Origin: a virus | Taxonomy: Duplodnaviria > Caudoviricetes | Length of the DNA stretch: 64,000 nt | Direction: 5' to 3' (one strand) | Virus record (IMG/VR): IMGVR_UViG_3300033074_001909 | Span: 32,001-96,000 of that record | In this document: one piece after another, positions 45,726 to 57,611 of the stretch | Numbering within the stretch: position 1 is the stretch's first letter | Layout: each line of letters begins with the position of its first letter | Translations under genes and position numbers: made by a program | The notes under the pieces: model-generated | Told to the model about the DNA's origin: nothing | Database searches by the model: none | What the model saw: only the letters and a program-made list of their open reading frames with translations

Positions 45726-46922
45726 ATGGCAAGCGAGTGGGTGCCGTACACAGGGCCGCGCGGCGGCAAGGGCTGGCAGCACATGACGTCGGGGCAGGTG
45801 GTGTACGGTGATAAGCCAGGCGAGCAAGCCAAGCCCGAACAGTCGCCGCAGGCCGAGAAGCCCGTCCCCAGACCCGAGCAGGAAACCACGGCCTGGCATC
45901 CGGTAGGCGAGGGGCTGTGGCAACACCCCAAGACGGGCGAACTGGTGAAAGGGAAATCCGCTCCCTCTGCCAGCGAGACCGCCAGCGTGCTGGAGCAGGC
46001 CCGCCAGCGGACGCGACACCCGAGCCAAGAGCCAAAGCCTGCTGCGGCACCCCCTCCGCAGCCTGCCGCGCCTCGATCGGCCTCACCTGAAGGAAGGGCG
46101 GGGGCCAAAATGAACCCCCGCTCGGTCGACGAGTTGGTGAAGGAACTGGATGCCCTGCCGGACGGGGTGGAAATCCTGGGCTGGAAGAAGGAAACGCCCA
46201 TGGGCTTCGGCATGCCGCTGTGGACGCGTAAGGACGAGGCCAAGACGACGGCAGGCATGGTCAAGGCCCATGGCGTGATGGGGATTCGAGGGGCCATGCC
46301 AGACCCGCAGGCAGCCGCCCCTGAGCCAGCCAAAGGGGATCGAGCGTTCTCGCCCGAGGAACTCGACGACGTGGGCGCGGTGTCAGCCATGTTCGGGATT
46401 GCGCCCGGAGACGTGGGCAACGAGCAGCAATTGCGGCTCTTTTTGCGTCGGACAGCGCGGCATGTGGGCTTCGATCCGGACAAGGTGCCAGGAGACAAGA
46501 CCGACAAGGCGGTGGCGGCAGCGCAATTCCTGCGGCAGCGGCGGGGACATCTCGAGGGGCTGGTGAAGATGGCGCAGGGCTATGGCTGGGGCGGAGGGTC
46601 TGGCCGCGAGCTGGCCCAGCGGGCCCGGCATGCGGGGCTGTATCTGGTCAAGAAGGCAGTGCAGGAGGGCTACGAAGTGAGCGGAGACACGGAACAAGAG
46701 CATTTAGCCGGAGCGCTGGACTACCTGCATCACCGGGAGCAGGAGCGGCGGCCGGGTCACGACGTGGGCGGGGTGATTGGGCAGGCTCTGCAGCGGATGC
46801 TGGCGGGCAGCCGGTCAGGCCGGATCAGTTGGTGGGACGTGGCGATGGCGGCGGTTGGTTTTTATGTGGGTTACCAGTTGATGCGGCGTCTGCGCCGCAA
46901 AGGGAGGGACCGATCTTTATAA
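45726..46922 (+). CDS. hypothetical protein (N-terminal GPRGG motif, C-terminal TM)
   Basis: AGGAGG SD; WVPYTGPRGGKGW; WWDVAMAAVGFYVGY. Confidence 0.7.
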   Translation: MASEWVPYTGPRGGKGWQHMTSGQVVYGDKPGEQAKPEQSPQAEKPVPRPEQETTAWHPVGEGLWQHPKTGELVKGKSAPSASETASVLEQARQRTRHPSQEPKPAAAPPPQPAAPRSASPEGRAGAKMNPRSVDELVKELDALPDGVEILGWKKETPMGFGMPLWTRKDEAKTTAGMVKAHGVMGIRGAMPDPQAAAPEPAKGDRAFSPEELDDVGAVSAMFGIAPGDVGNEQQLRLFLRRTARHVGFDPDKVPGDKTDKAVAAAQFLRQRRGHLEGLVKMAQGYGWGGGSGRELAQRARHAGLYLVKKAVQEGYEVSGDTEQEHLAGALDYLHHREQERRPGHDVGGVIGQALQRMLAGSRSGRISWWDVAMAAVGFYVGYQLMRRLRRKGRDRSL

Positions 46923-46937
46923 GATCGGGATAATGGA

Positions 46938-48245
<1,308 letters not shown>

Positions 48246-48259
48246 TAGGAGTTTCAAAG

Positions 48260-48715
48260 ATGACCACTGCCATTGACCGAGTAGTTAGCCATGCGGAAGA
48301 AATCGCCAGCGGAAAGATTCACGCCGTGCAGCCTGGGTTGCCAGTGCGGTTTCCCGCAGCAGCGTCGGAAGGCGATGAGGGATGGCAAGGCGATCTCGGG
48401 CTGCGCGTCGTGCGTCAGGTTCCGGATGATTTGGTGCGCCTAGCTGCTCCGTGCGAGGCAGATCGGCAACTCGTGCCAGGTAACACGCAAGGCGCTCGTC
48501 ACTGCCTTGATTCGCTGGATGGAGTGGAGATTTACCGGCCCAAGGACTGGGGACCAGAATCGCTACTCGGCCCCTGCCTCGTGTTCTCACAAGAACGGAC
48601 AATCCTGCATCCGACGCATGGCGCGGTGACCGTGCCAGCCGGGTTTACGATCCAGTGTCGCTACCAGCGTGAGTTTGATTCCGAGCTGCGACGGGAGCGA
48701 CGCAACGCGGATTGA
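48260..48715 (+). CDS. conserved partner of DUF6745 proteins
   Basis: QGDL..QLVPGNTQGARH..ILHPTHG..YQREF. Confidence 0.7.
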   Translation: MTTAIDRVVSHAEEIASGKIHAVQPGLPVRFPAAASEGDEGWQGDLGLRVVRQVPDDLVRLAAPCEADRQLVPGNTQGARHCLDSLDGVEIYRPKDWGPESLLGPCLVFSQERTILHPTHGAVTVPAGFTIQCRYQREFDSELRRERRNAD

Positions 48716-48779
48716 ACTGCAGGGAGATGGTGTCCTCCGCGATCTACGAGTTGTACAAGCGCCGGGAAGGTGAACAGCC

Positions 48780-49034
48780 ATGAGGAAGAAATTCCGCGTG
48801 CTGAGTAAGCAGCGTAAAGCGGCCCTCCGTCGTCGATTGTCGCACTGGATCAACCGGGCCGTGGCCCGTTGCTACGAGGCCCATCGACGGGACGACGTGG
48901 TCCGCCGCAGCATGTACGGCCGCGAGGCCAAGGGCTGGGCGGAGATTGCCAAGTTCCTCGAACCCGTCCACGTGACCGCGTACCGCAAGCCGGACGGCGG
49001 CATGGCCTTTCTGGGGCCAGGAGAAGAACCGTGA
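48780..49034 (+). CDS. small basic hypothetical protein
   Basis: ORF in operon. Confidence 0.5.
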   Translation: MRKKFRVLSKQRKAALRRRLSHWINRAVARCYEAHRRDDVVRRSMYGREAKGWAEIAKFLEPVHVTAYRKPDGGMAFLGPGEEP

Positions 49035-49540
49035 GCGACATCGACTTGAGCCCGCATGCCATGGAACGATTTTCGTCCCACTTGCCCGAGGTGCTGACGC
49101 AGCAAGTCGAGCAGGGTATTCCGGTGGGCGCACAGCGAGGGGCCGATACGCTGCTGCAATTGCCATGCGGGCTGGTGGCGGTCGTCCGCAGGTCATCGGA
49201 GTCCGGCCGGCGGACGGTGGTGACGGTGCTGCCCAGGGACTATGCCATCGTGAACATGCAGGTCGTGGGGATTCAGCCGCTGGCTACTCCTCGGGGGGCG
49301 GATCTCAGTCAATTGCGGGTCGCGGGCGAAGCGGAAAATCTCCAGAAACTGGCCGAAGAGCATGCCCAGTCCTGCTTGAGTAAGAAGGAGCGGAACGCGA
49401 TCCTGCGCGGGCTGGGTTATGACGTGCAGGGCGCAGCAGGTGGGCTATATCGAGAGTATTATCTGGCCGCGATGGACCGGAAGTTTGCGGATATGAGAGC
49501 GGCCTACAAACGTCAGATGAAAGGATTGCAAGATGGTTAA
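49031..49540 (+). CDS. hypothetical protein (possible BECR-fold RNase-like N-terminus)
   Basis: LSPHAMERF...VVTVLP. Confidence 0.55.
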   Translation: MSDIDLSPHAMERFSSHLPEVLTQQVEQGIPVGAQRGADTLLQLPCGLVAVVRRSSESGRRTVVTVLPRDYAIVNMQVVGIQPLATPRGADLSQLRVAGEAENLQKLAEEHAQSCLSKKERNAILRGLGYDVQGAAGGLYREYYLAAMDRKFADMRAAYKRQMKGLQDG

Positions 49541-49979
49541 GGTCTACGTGGTGGAAGATGGCTGGTACTCCAGCAGACACGTGGTTGGTGTGTTCTCGGA
49601 AGAGCGCAAAGCGGATGCGGAGACTTTGGCTAACTCATGCAAGTGCCAGTGTGAATGCACGGAATTCGAGTTGGATCACCTGCGATTCGTTGATCCAGGC
49701 AAATCATTCTGGCACGTTGAAATGAAGCGTGACGGTCGGGTGGTGTCGCTTTGTGAATATGACTTGCTAAATCTAGACGACATTGGCGAAGATGGTGTCG
49801 TGCCTCCCAACGAACCGGATGCGGAGTGCCGACTGAAAACCGTGGGCACTCGGAAATGGCGGCTGCACTGGACAGGGCAAGCCGACAGCGACGAGCACGC
49901 CGTCAAGATCGTGAATGAGATTCGAGCGGAACTGCTGGCTGGGCATGTGCGTCCTGGCGTGGTGGTCGAGGCCAAGTGA
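49533..49979 (+). CDS. hypothetical protein
   Basis: KVYVVEDGWYSSRHVVGVFS, a common phage motif. Confidence 0.7.
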   Translation: MVKVYVVEDGWYSSRHVVGVFSEERKADAETLANSCKCQCECTEFELDHLRFVDPGKSFWHVEMKRDGRVVSLCEYDLLNLDDIGEDGVVPPNEPDAECRLKTVGTRKWRLHWTGQADSDEHAVKIVNEIRAELLAGHVRPGVVVEAK

Positions 49980-50048
49980 ACACAAGGCTGGGAGAACCGA
50001 CGGTGATTGCGATTGTCCGTGCCGAAATCGACTAGCCGAGGAGAATCA

Positions 50049-50300
50049 ATGACCCCGCTCTACTCGGTAGGCACGTGGGATCCGGAGCTCGAGGCGTACA
50101 CGCCGCAAGTCGGCGTTCCATCCTTCAATCTGACGCTCTGGCAGCTTCGCGATTCACTGAGGATGCTACGTGAAATGGGCTACACAGCGCACCGCACGAG
50201 GTGTCCAGACGGCACTCATGAAGACAACGACTGGAGCGTGTTGGTCGAAAGGACCGACGGAAAACCAGAGTCCGAGATCATGAAAGAATGGGAGCGGTAA
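50049..50300 (+). CDS. hypothetical protein
   Basis: GAGGAG SD. Confidence 0.65.
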   Translation: MTPLYSVGTWDPELEAYTPQVGVPSFNLTLWQLRDSLRMLREMGYTAHRTRCPDGTHEDNDWSVLVERTDGKPESEIMKEWER

Positions 50301-50303
50301 GCC

Positions 50304-50618
50304 ATGGCCACCGAGTGCCAGGACAATCGCTTGAAGGATCTCTTGTTCAAGTGGGTGCATGGCCGCACGGACATTGTGAGCGCGCACCTGAATAAGTCGT
50401 ATGGCTCTTACTTGTTTGTCGTGGTACGCAATGCTGTCAGATATGACCCGATGTTTGATGACGAACTTACCGATCTGGACCTAGCGATCGCCGAAGATCC
50501 AGAACTGCAACACGTGCGATTCAACACCATAGGGCTGCCGCCTGTGTCAGATGCAGCGCTGGCGTCGTTTGTGGACCAGAATACCAGCACGGTCATCTAC
50601 GCAAAGGAGAACGAATGA
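50304..50618 (+). CDS. hypothetical protein
   Basis: ORF in operon. Confidence 0.6.
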   Translation: MATECQDNRLKDLLFKWVHGRTDIVSAHLNKSYGSYLFVVVRNAVRYDPMFDDELTDLDLAIAEDPELQHVRFNTIGLPPVSDAALASFVDQNTSTVIYAKENE

Positions 50619-51166
50619 CCCCCGACCGCCTGAATGAACTCGGTTTGACAATCCTGCATCACCAGGCACTCTCGACCGAGGAGGCTGCCGACCTGTGGCA
50701 AGCGCTAGTCGGACAGCGTCCGCGCACGCCGCAGCGGTGTCATTTTTGCAATGGCGAGGGCTACAAGGCATCGTCAGTGGCGGCTAATCTCGACGCCCAG
50801 AAGATGCCCTGTGGCTGCTGCAAAGCGACTGGATACAAGGACTGCTGGACGTGGAAGAAGGCAGAGCAGGCTGTGCGAGATGCCGTCGAGGCTACGCGAC
50901 TGGATGTCCATCGGCTTCATGTCGACCAGGACGCACCGTCCGTGTCCGTCCGCATAACCAGAGTGCCAGTGGAACCGATGGCGGTCAGCGAGTTAGCAAA
51001 TCACGAGGCCCAGCATATGTCCCACGTAGCAGCAGATTTCGTGGAGGACTGGCTGGTGAATCACGTCGCCATCCAGTCTGATCCCGAGCGATGTAAACTC
51101 GCTTTAGCAGCCGTGTCATCACTCAACGCCCTGTACCAACTGATCGGCCGGCAAGCGGCTAAGTGA
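50615..51166 (+). CDS. hypothetical protein with CxxCxGxG Zn-finger motifs
   Basis: CHFCNGEG, CGCCKATG. Confidence 0.6.
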   Translation: MTPDRLNELGLTILHHQALSTEEAADLWQALVGQRPRTPQRCHFCNGEGYKASSVAANLDAQKMPCGCCKATGYKDCWTWKKAEQAVRDAVEATRLDVHRLHVDQDAPSVSVRITRVPVEPMAVSELANHEAQHMSHVAADFVEDWLVNHVAIQSDPERCKLALAAVSSLNALYQLIGRQAAK

Positions 51167-51306
51167 AATGAATCGAATGATCCACAATGACGGCACGCTT
51201 GAAGTTGCGGCGAAAAGTGCTGTCGGTGATCGGTCGCTAGAAGTCTCGGCGCCCGTTGGCAATATTGCCCGTTCGGGTAGGATGGCCAGCACGGAGGAAC
51301 CGGACC

Positions 51307-54300
51307 ATGGCGACAGGATTCGCTGATCGGTATGCGGCGGAATTTGAAGAGGACAAGCATCCTCGCGACGAAGACGGCCAGTTCACGTTGAAAGTCTCGA
51401 AGATCCACGGCCCCAAGGGGGAAAAGTTCGAGAATCTGGGCGGCAAGCAGCAAGACCTGTTTGCTTTCCGTGGCGAAAAGGGGCAGATGAACCTCTTTTC
51501 CGATGCTGGCGTACCGGATGAATTGCTGCCGAAGCACATCCGCAAGGGCAAGCCGGACACCTACGCCAAGGACGAAGATCCACCCGACTCAGGCCCGCAG
51601 TGGATGACCCTGGGCGGCGGCGCGCGGGCCCTGGTCGCCGAGGACGGCACGATCCTGCAAGGCTGCGAAGGCGTCAAAGGCTACGACCTCGACGAACTGG
51701 ACGAGACCCGAGACGAGCGGGCCGCCAAGCAAGAGCAGGCCGAGGACGCGGGCTGGACGAGCGCCAAAAGCGACCGGGCCCGCGAGACATGGGAAGCCTT
51801 CAAGAACAGCGACCCGACGCACCCACACTTCATCGGCTTGGTCCGGCACGGTGGTAAGTTCCACGCCTTCGACGAGAGCGCTGGGAAACTGCAGGAGCAG
51901 CTCGGCATCGGCGATGGGCAGACGGCCGAGTTCGACGAGGACAAATTGCCGCATCACATGGAGCGGCTGATTGAGAATGGGCATCGGGTAGCCGTGATCG
52001 ACCGGGCCGAGGACGGGACGCCGGATTTGGACAGCGACGCGGACCCCGAGGCCCAGCAGGCGGTGGCAGAGGCCCACGAGGATGTGGCGGAGCAACAGGA
52101 GACCAAACCGGCTGCGGCCGGCTTCGGCATTGAGCCCGTCCATCCCGAGCGACTGAAATTGACCCAAGACGGCCGCGAGATCGGTTACATGAACTTGCGC
52201 GTCATGGGGGACCGGGGCTACATCGACGATACGTCGATTCACGCCGCATCGCGCGGGCAAGGCGTCATGCGGCAGCTATGGCCGCAGATCGAGCAGCACT
52301 TCCGTGATCAGGGAGCCACGTCCATTCGCGCGGACGTGGTCGATCCAGCGGTAGGGGAAAAGGTCTGGGGACCGCTGGGCTTCCAGAAGGAAGGCATGTC
52401 GGGGCCGGTGGAGGTGTATCGCAAGCACCTGGACAGTCCGGCAGCCGATTCGGAACAGGCGACCGACAAGCCACCTAGCACCAAGCGTGGTCGACTGCCA
52501 AGCACGGACGACCCTGCGCATCACGCCGTGGCGCAGCGGTTCGGTATCCCTCCGGAAACCGTCAAGGAGATCCTCGAGACGCATCCGGATGAATTATCCC
52601 GCCGCGATAACTACTTCCCGCCGAACAGTCAGCGAGATGAAGTGGTCGGCCCGACACTGGACTACGAGCCCCATCCTCTGGGATCGGCCAAAATCGATTC
52701 GAGTCAGCACAAGGCCGGCGAGACCGACAATGCCTACGTGGATTTCCTGACGGAGTTCGACCCGCAGCAACTGAAACTCAGTGAGCCTGAAGACGGCATG
52801 AGCAAGAGCCAGTCCGTAGCTGCCTATGCGGACTGGATTAAGGCGGGCATGGAACCGCCGCCTATCAGTGTGTTCGACAGTGCGAACGGAAATGGGAATC
52901 TCGTGTCGACAAACCGCCGTCGCGTGCTGGCTGCGCAGCAAGCTGGCGCCGACAAAATCGTAGGCTGGCACGGGAAGAATAATCCCGAGACGGGATTGCC
53001 GCTCAAGCTGGGCGATATCAAGCGAGCTTATGAAGAAGCCAAGGGGCAGGGCGCGGCAGCATCGGAATCCGACCAGCAGGAGCAGACGCCGGCCGACACG
53101 GCCGGCGAAGCGGACGACTGGAACGCCGCCACCCAGTCCCCGGCCGAGGCCACCGATGACCAATTGGCCCGGGCCATCGAATTCGCCAGCCACCTGCACG
53201 GCCACCATCAGCGTAACGCCCAGAGCGGCCAGATCACTCCCGAGCAACTCACCTCCCTGCACGACATGATCGACGGCCACGTGGCCACGATGCAGGCCGA
53301 ACTGGAAAGGAGAAAGCATGCACAAGACCAGCCCGCAGACCGAGGAAACGCAGCCGCCAGTCCAGGCGGAACCGATGACGCATCAGCAACTGGCGCAGAA
53401 ACTCGACCGACAAGCGGAACTGCTGCAGCAGATCCTGGCCCGACTGGATCACTTGGAACGCGGCACCATGATGCGGGCCAGCGCATCGCCCAGGCCCCCG
53501 GCCCCGTCCGCAGCCTCTTAGAGTCGCTCCATCGACTGCGGGACACCCGCAAGACGGGGCAAGTCGAGACGAAGGAACTGGGGCACGAGTACGCCCGGGA
53601 AATGTACGATCACTTGAAGTCCCTCCGGCACGCCGGGGACGACTTTGGCGAGGTGCATGACCTGTCGCAGGAACTGGGCCACGGGGCGATCGGGTACGCG
53701 TCCCCCGCCGGCAATGTGGCGATGGTCCCGCCGAAATTCAAGGGACAGGACTGGCAAGTGCGGTACACGCTGCCGCATGAGTCGCAGCAGGCCCCGGCTG
53801 CAACTCCCGCCGACGCGCCCAGTGAGCCAGCCGGCCAGGGCGACGAACTCGAACTGCTCGACGACGTGATGGAAGGCGACGCCTACGAAGGCGATCTCCC
53901 CGCCAGCGACGCCGGAGGCGGCTTCCCGTGGGAAGATGCCGGGCAGGATGAACCGCCGACCGCCCCGTCGCAGCAGCCAGCGTACTCCGACGCATGGCGC
54001 GACCTGCACGCGCAGCATCAGGACTTGGTCTACCGCACCATCCCGCATCGGGAGCAGCAGTATCGGCAGGCAGTATCCCAGGCCCAACGCGACCAACAGC
54101 GGTTTGCGGCGAAGGCCGCCGAGTACCAGTCACAGGCGGATCAACTCGAGAGCGTCACGCCCCGCGATCCGGCTCACGCCGTGCGCATGAAGTCGGACCG
54201 GCCTTACGCTGAGGCCCGCCGGCGGATCGACAAGCTTCGCAAGATGAGCGCCGACTTGGATCGCAAGGCCGACGAAGCGAAACTCCATCCCCGGATTGAG

Positions 54301-56376
54301 TTCGCGCGGCAGCAACTTGCCGCCTCTCAGTCGGCCGCCGAGCAGTTAGCGCAGCAGAAGGCCGAGGCCGGTGGCGCCTTGGCGCCCGAAGTCGACCCGG
54401 ACACGGGAAAATCGATCAGCCGTCGCGCCTACCTGGCCAAGCAGCGCGCGGCCGGCCGGGCCGTCCAGCAGGGGAAGGGGGTCAGTCCCCGCACGCCGCT
54501 GGGGCGCGCCATCATTGCGGCGGTGGGCGATGACCCGGTCGAACAGCAGCATTTCGGTGAAGTCCTGAAAGAGATCCACGCCAACGACATCGACGCCGTG
54601 CGGAACCGGAACGACGCCATCAAGGAAACGCTGGCGAATTTTGGGTTCATGGGCCGGGATGCCGGAAAATTCCTGCAGGCGATCCGCAAGTACGAAGATG
54701 CGGACCAGTTCCTGCGCAAGAGTCCGCTGGGTAACAAATTCGACCAGATGACAGAGTACGCCCTGACGCACTTTGGCGAAGTATTGGACGTGGCGCACAC
54801 TCGCACTCACGACGACCCGGAAAGCGCGTTCTTCGAGACGCTTCAGCGAGGCCTGAAACGCGTGCCCGAGCCGCACGATGACGAGGTGGTGTCGAAAGCC
54901 CTGGAGTATTACCTGTCCAGTCTGGAGTCATCGCGCGCCCACGAAGAGCGATTGAAAACCGATCCCGCGTACCGAGAAGAAATGGCCGCGATTGAGCGAG
55001 GCGATTACACATTCTCGCGGCAGGGCGCTAAGATCCGGTACGCCCGCTGGGCGCGGCAGAGACTCAGCCGGTGGTATCGGTATGCCCGTCAGTTGTCGCT
55101 GTTTGATGATCCGGGCGGACTGCAGTCCGCAACCAAGCCGAAGCCGAAAGGCAAGCAGAAAGGCCTGTTCGACGAAGACGACCACCCACGGGCCACGGAA
55201 CACGTCGAGATCAAGGGGAAATCCTACGAGGGCGGTCAGTGGATTCCCAAGGACGAAGCGGCGCAGGCCAGCCCCGCAGCGGCGGAGAAAATTGAAGTCG
55301 TCGACCAGGACACGGGTCAAGCCCAGCCGCTGGACGAAGTGGAAGAACAGCCGTCGGAATCGCCCGGCGCAGAGCCGGCCTCGGCAGATCCAGAACCTTT
55401 CGAGTTCAAGACAGCCGCCCAAGCGGCGCAGGAGGGAATGTCTTTCGCATCATGGCAGCAGCCGATTACAGACGCCTATCGTCATGAGCGGATCGACGAG
55501 GATCATCCAGCCTGGCAAGCAGTCTTAAACGCCCCCAATGTGTCGGACTACAACGACGCCAGGCACGTGTTTGGCAAGCATGTCCTCGCGCATGCCGGCC
55601 AGCAGGAGGTCTTTGGCACGGTCACGGCGCTATCCGACGACCTGCAATCCGGCACGATCACGATGCCCGACGGCAGAGAGGCCAAGCACTTCATTTCCAA
55701 CATGAACGACCTGGGGCCGTTCCTGCAGGATCGCTTGAAGCGGTACATTGCTACGAAGGGGCTCGACGAAACGCGCGAGGCGCTGGCCCGTAGCGAAGCA
55801 GCCAAGTATTTGGCGGGTGTGATGGCCCAAGAGGCATTCCAGAAGCAGACCAACATCGGCGAGGTGATCAAGGCGCACGGGTTCGGCCTGAAGGAAGGTA
55901 TGGCGATCCGGAGCATGGTCGCGGATGAGTTCATGAAGTTGCAAGAGGCAGCCAAGCCCCAAGCGAGCGACGCGCGCAAGCGAGCTCAAGAGAAGCGGCG
56001 GCAAACCGACGAAGCGGCGGAGAAGAAGCCAGACGACACCGCGACATCCGCCGGCAACTACGAGGGCATCCTGCAGGAATCCGCCCCCTACGAAGAGTAC
56101 GGCGACAACTACAATCGGAACATCGCAGCCTCAGCTAATCGGCTGCGCGACGCGATGGAGCGAGGGCACGATGCCAAGATGCTGGATCACTTGGCATCCG
56201 AACTGCGCACCCGGATCGACGTGCATGGGAAGAAGCCACAAGGTGGCGGTGAGGCCGAACGAGGCGACAAGCCAGACGCAGCAGGAGCAGCAGCCGAAGT
56301 CCAGGATCCAGAGCAGCCAGCCGCCGAGGCCGTCGCCAGCGATCAAGAATCCAAGATGGTGATCATCGACAAGTAG
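51307..56376 (+). CDS. large polyvalent protein (MutS-I-like, GNAT and ParB-like domains, HPR motifs)
   Basis: GGAGG SD; FEEDKHPRDEDGQF; LVRHGGKFHAFDESA..LIENGHRVAV; SRGQGVMRQL..WGPLGF; PPPISV..NRRRVLAA. Confidence 0.8.
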   Translation: MATGFADRYAAEFEEDKHPRDEDGQFTLKVSKIHGPKGEKFENLGGKQQDLFAFRGEKGQMNLFSDAGVPDELLPKHIRKGKPDTYAKDEDPPDSGPQWMTLGGGARALVAEDGTILQGCEGVKGYDLDELDETRDERAAKQEQAEDAGWTSAKSDRARETWEAFKNSDPTHPHFIGLVRHGGKFHAFDESAGKLQEQLGIGDGQTAEFDEDKLPHHMERLIENGHRVAVIDRAEDGTPDLDSDADPEAQQAVAEAHEDVAEQQETKPAAAGFGIEPVHPERLKLTQDGREIGYMNLRVMGDRGYIDDTSIHAASRGQGVMRQLWPQIEQHFRDQGATSIRADVVDPAVGEKVWGPLGFQKEGMSGPVEVYRKHLDSPAADSEQATDKPPSTKRGRLPSTDDPAHHAVAQRFGIPPETVKEILETHPDELSRRDNYFPPNSQRDEVVGPTLDYEPHPLGSAKIDSSQHKAGETDNAYVDFLTEFDPQQLKLSEPEDGMSKSQSVAAYADWIKAGMEPPPISVFDSANGNGNLVSTNRRRVLAAQQAGADKIVGWHGKNNPETGLPLKLGDIKRAYEEAKGQGAAASESDQQEQTPADTAGEADDWNAATQSPAEATDDQLARAIEFASHLHGHHQRNAQSGQITPEQLTSLHDMIDGHVATMQAELERRKHAQDQPADRGNAAASPGGTDDASATGAETRPTSGTAAADPGPTGSLGTRHHDAGQRIAQAPGPVRSLLESLHRLRDTRKTGQVETKELGHEYAREMYDHLKSLRHAGDDFGEVHDLSQELGHGAIGYASPAGNVAMVPPKFKGQDWQVRYTLPHESQQAPAATPADAPSEPAGQGDELELLDDVMEGDAYEGDLPASDAGGGFPWEDAGQDEPPTAPSQQPAYSDAWRDLHAQHQDLVYRTIPHREQQYRQAVSQAQRDQQRFAAKAAEYQSQADQLESVTPRDPAHAVRMKSDRPYAEARRRIDKLRKMSADLDRKADEAKLHPRIEFARQQLAASQSAAEQLAQQKAEAGGALAPEVDPDTGKSISRRAYLAKQRAAGRAVQQGKGVSPRTPLGRAIIAAVGDDPVEQQHFGEVLKEIHANDIDAVRNRNDAIKETLANFGFMGRDAGKFLQAIRKYEDADQFLRKSPLGNKFDQMTEYALTHFGEVLDVAHTRTHDDPESAFFETLQRGLKRVPEPHDDEVVSKALEYYLSSLESSRAHEERLKTDPAYREEMAAIERGDYTFSRQGAKIRYARWARQRLSRWYRYARQLSLFDDPGGLQSATKPKPKGKQKGLFDEDDHPRATEHVEIKGKSYEGGQWIPKDEAAQASPAAAEKIEVVDQDTGQAQPLDEVEEQPSESPGAEPASADPEPFEFKTAAQAAQEGMSFASWQQPITDAYRHERIDEDHPAWQAVLNAPNVSDYNDARHVFGKHVLAHAGQQEVFGTVTALSDDLQSGTITMPDGREAKHFISNMNDLGPFLQDRLKRYIATKGLDETREALARSEAAKYLAGVMAQEAFQKQTNIGEVIKAHGFGLKEGMAIRSMVADEFMKLQEAAKPQASDARKRAQEKRRQTDEAAEKKPDDTATSAGNYEGILQESAPYEEYGDNYNRNIAASANRLRDAMERGHDAKMLDHLASELRTRIDVHGKKPQGGGEAERGDKPDAAGAAAEVQDPEQPAAEAVASDQESKMVIIDK

Positions 56377-56451
56377 TAGACGGTTTATCCGGGATGTGCG
56401 ACACTTTCCACGCCCGCCAGTATCGCGGCCAGCCCTTGAACGGAATCATTC

Positions 56452-56853
56452 ATGCCACGTGCCAGCGCTCCCAGTCTTGCCCAGGCCCAGGTGGTGACCG
56501 CCGATCTGGTGACCACCTTGCGTGACTTGCTCCCCGTGTTGCTCCAGAGCCCCCGCGCCTGGGCCATCCGCTATCAGGTGAGAATCCGTAACGGCACCGT
56601 GGACCGCCGCAATTCCAAAATCTGGGACGATTCCCTGGATGATGTACCTTTTCGCGACGGCGAAGACGTGGACGTGGCCATGCAGCGCATCGAGGGCATG
56701 TTTCTCAAATTCCTGCCGCGGTATCTGGGCAATGGCACCAACGGGGAAGCAGAGATCCTTGTGACGATCAAGGACAAGCGGGTAGCGTTTGCCACGGCCC
56801 TGGAGCGGCAACGGCTGTTCACGTGGAAGGCGGACGGCACGAGTGCCACGTAG
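56452..56853 (+). CDS. hypothetical protein immediately upstream of csf1
   Basis: ORF ending 8 nt before csf1. Confidence 0.6.
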   Translation: MPRASAPSLAQAQVVTADLVTTLRDLLPVLLQSPRAWAIRYQVRIRNGTVDRRNSKIWDDSLDDVPFRDGEDVDVAMQRIEGMFLKFLPRYLGNGTNGEAEILVTIKDKRVAFATALERQRLFTWKADGTSAT

Positions 56854-56861
56854 GACGTTAA

Positions 56862-57611
56862 ATGACCGCCCCGCAATTATTTGCCAGCTACTGGCCCGAG
56901 GGACCGCATCGCTGCTACTACTGCGGCGGGCGATGCGACGAGACGCATCGAGCTGCTGATCTGGTCCAGTCGTCGTTTACCGCACGTGATACCGTGGCTG
57001 GCGGTGAGTACGTGTGCCCTGGCTGCATCGCTGCGATGGACGAGAGGGCCACGATTACGCTGGCCGACGGCGAAGTGCGCGAAGGCCAGCGGGTCCGCTG
57101 CTACTCCTGGGTCATCACTGCCGAAGCGGCGATCGCTGCCACCAAAGCTCATCGCGCGTGGCTGACAGGAGCGTGCCTGTCGCCTCCAGAACCGCCCTAC
57201 GTCATCTCGATCAGCGACAGCGGGCAACGGCACCTGCTGTATCGTGCCGTCGTATGCCATTCTCGCGAGATCATTACCGCCACTCTGGAGGGCGAGCGGG
57301 TAACATTCACACCCTATGAGCTTGACGAGCGGTTGACGCTGTGTCGCAAACTGATCGCGGCAACCGGCAAGCCGGCTCTGTCCGAAGCACCGACTGCACG
57401 ATTCGGCATGTCGGTAGTCTCGCATCACGACGACGAATCACTGATCTCCACGTGGCTGGAATGTCGCGAGCAACCGCTGTCTCGCCTGGCGGCGTGGCTC
57501 TCGCCTCCCAAGGAGGAATGCTTACTTGAGTTCCCAGCACCAGCAGCTCCCGCCCCCACTGCCTGTGCTCGACACCGAGCAGTTCAGGCAACGTTTAGCT
57601 GGCTTGATTGA
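56862..57611 (+). CDS. csf1: type IV CRISPR Csf1 (Cas8-like)
   Basis: CYYCG, VCPGC Zn finger; PPEPPYVISISDSGQRHLLYRAVV. Confidence 0.8.
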   Translation: MTAPQLFASYWPEGPHRCYYCGGRCDETHRAADLVQSSFTARDTVAGGEYVCPGCIAAMDERATITLADGEVREGQRVRCYSWVITAEAAIAATKAHRAWLTGACLSPPEPPYVISISDSGQRHLLYRAVVCHSREIITATLEGERVTFTPYELDERLTLCRKLIAATGKPALSEAPTARFGMSVVSHHDDESLISTWLECREQPLSRLAAWLSPPKEECLLEFPAPAAPAPTACARHRAVQATFSWLD

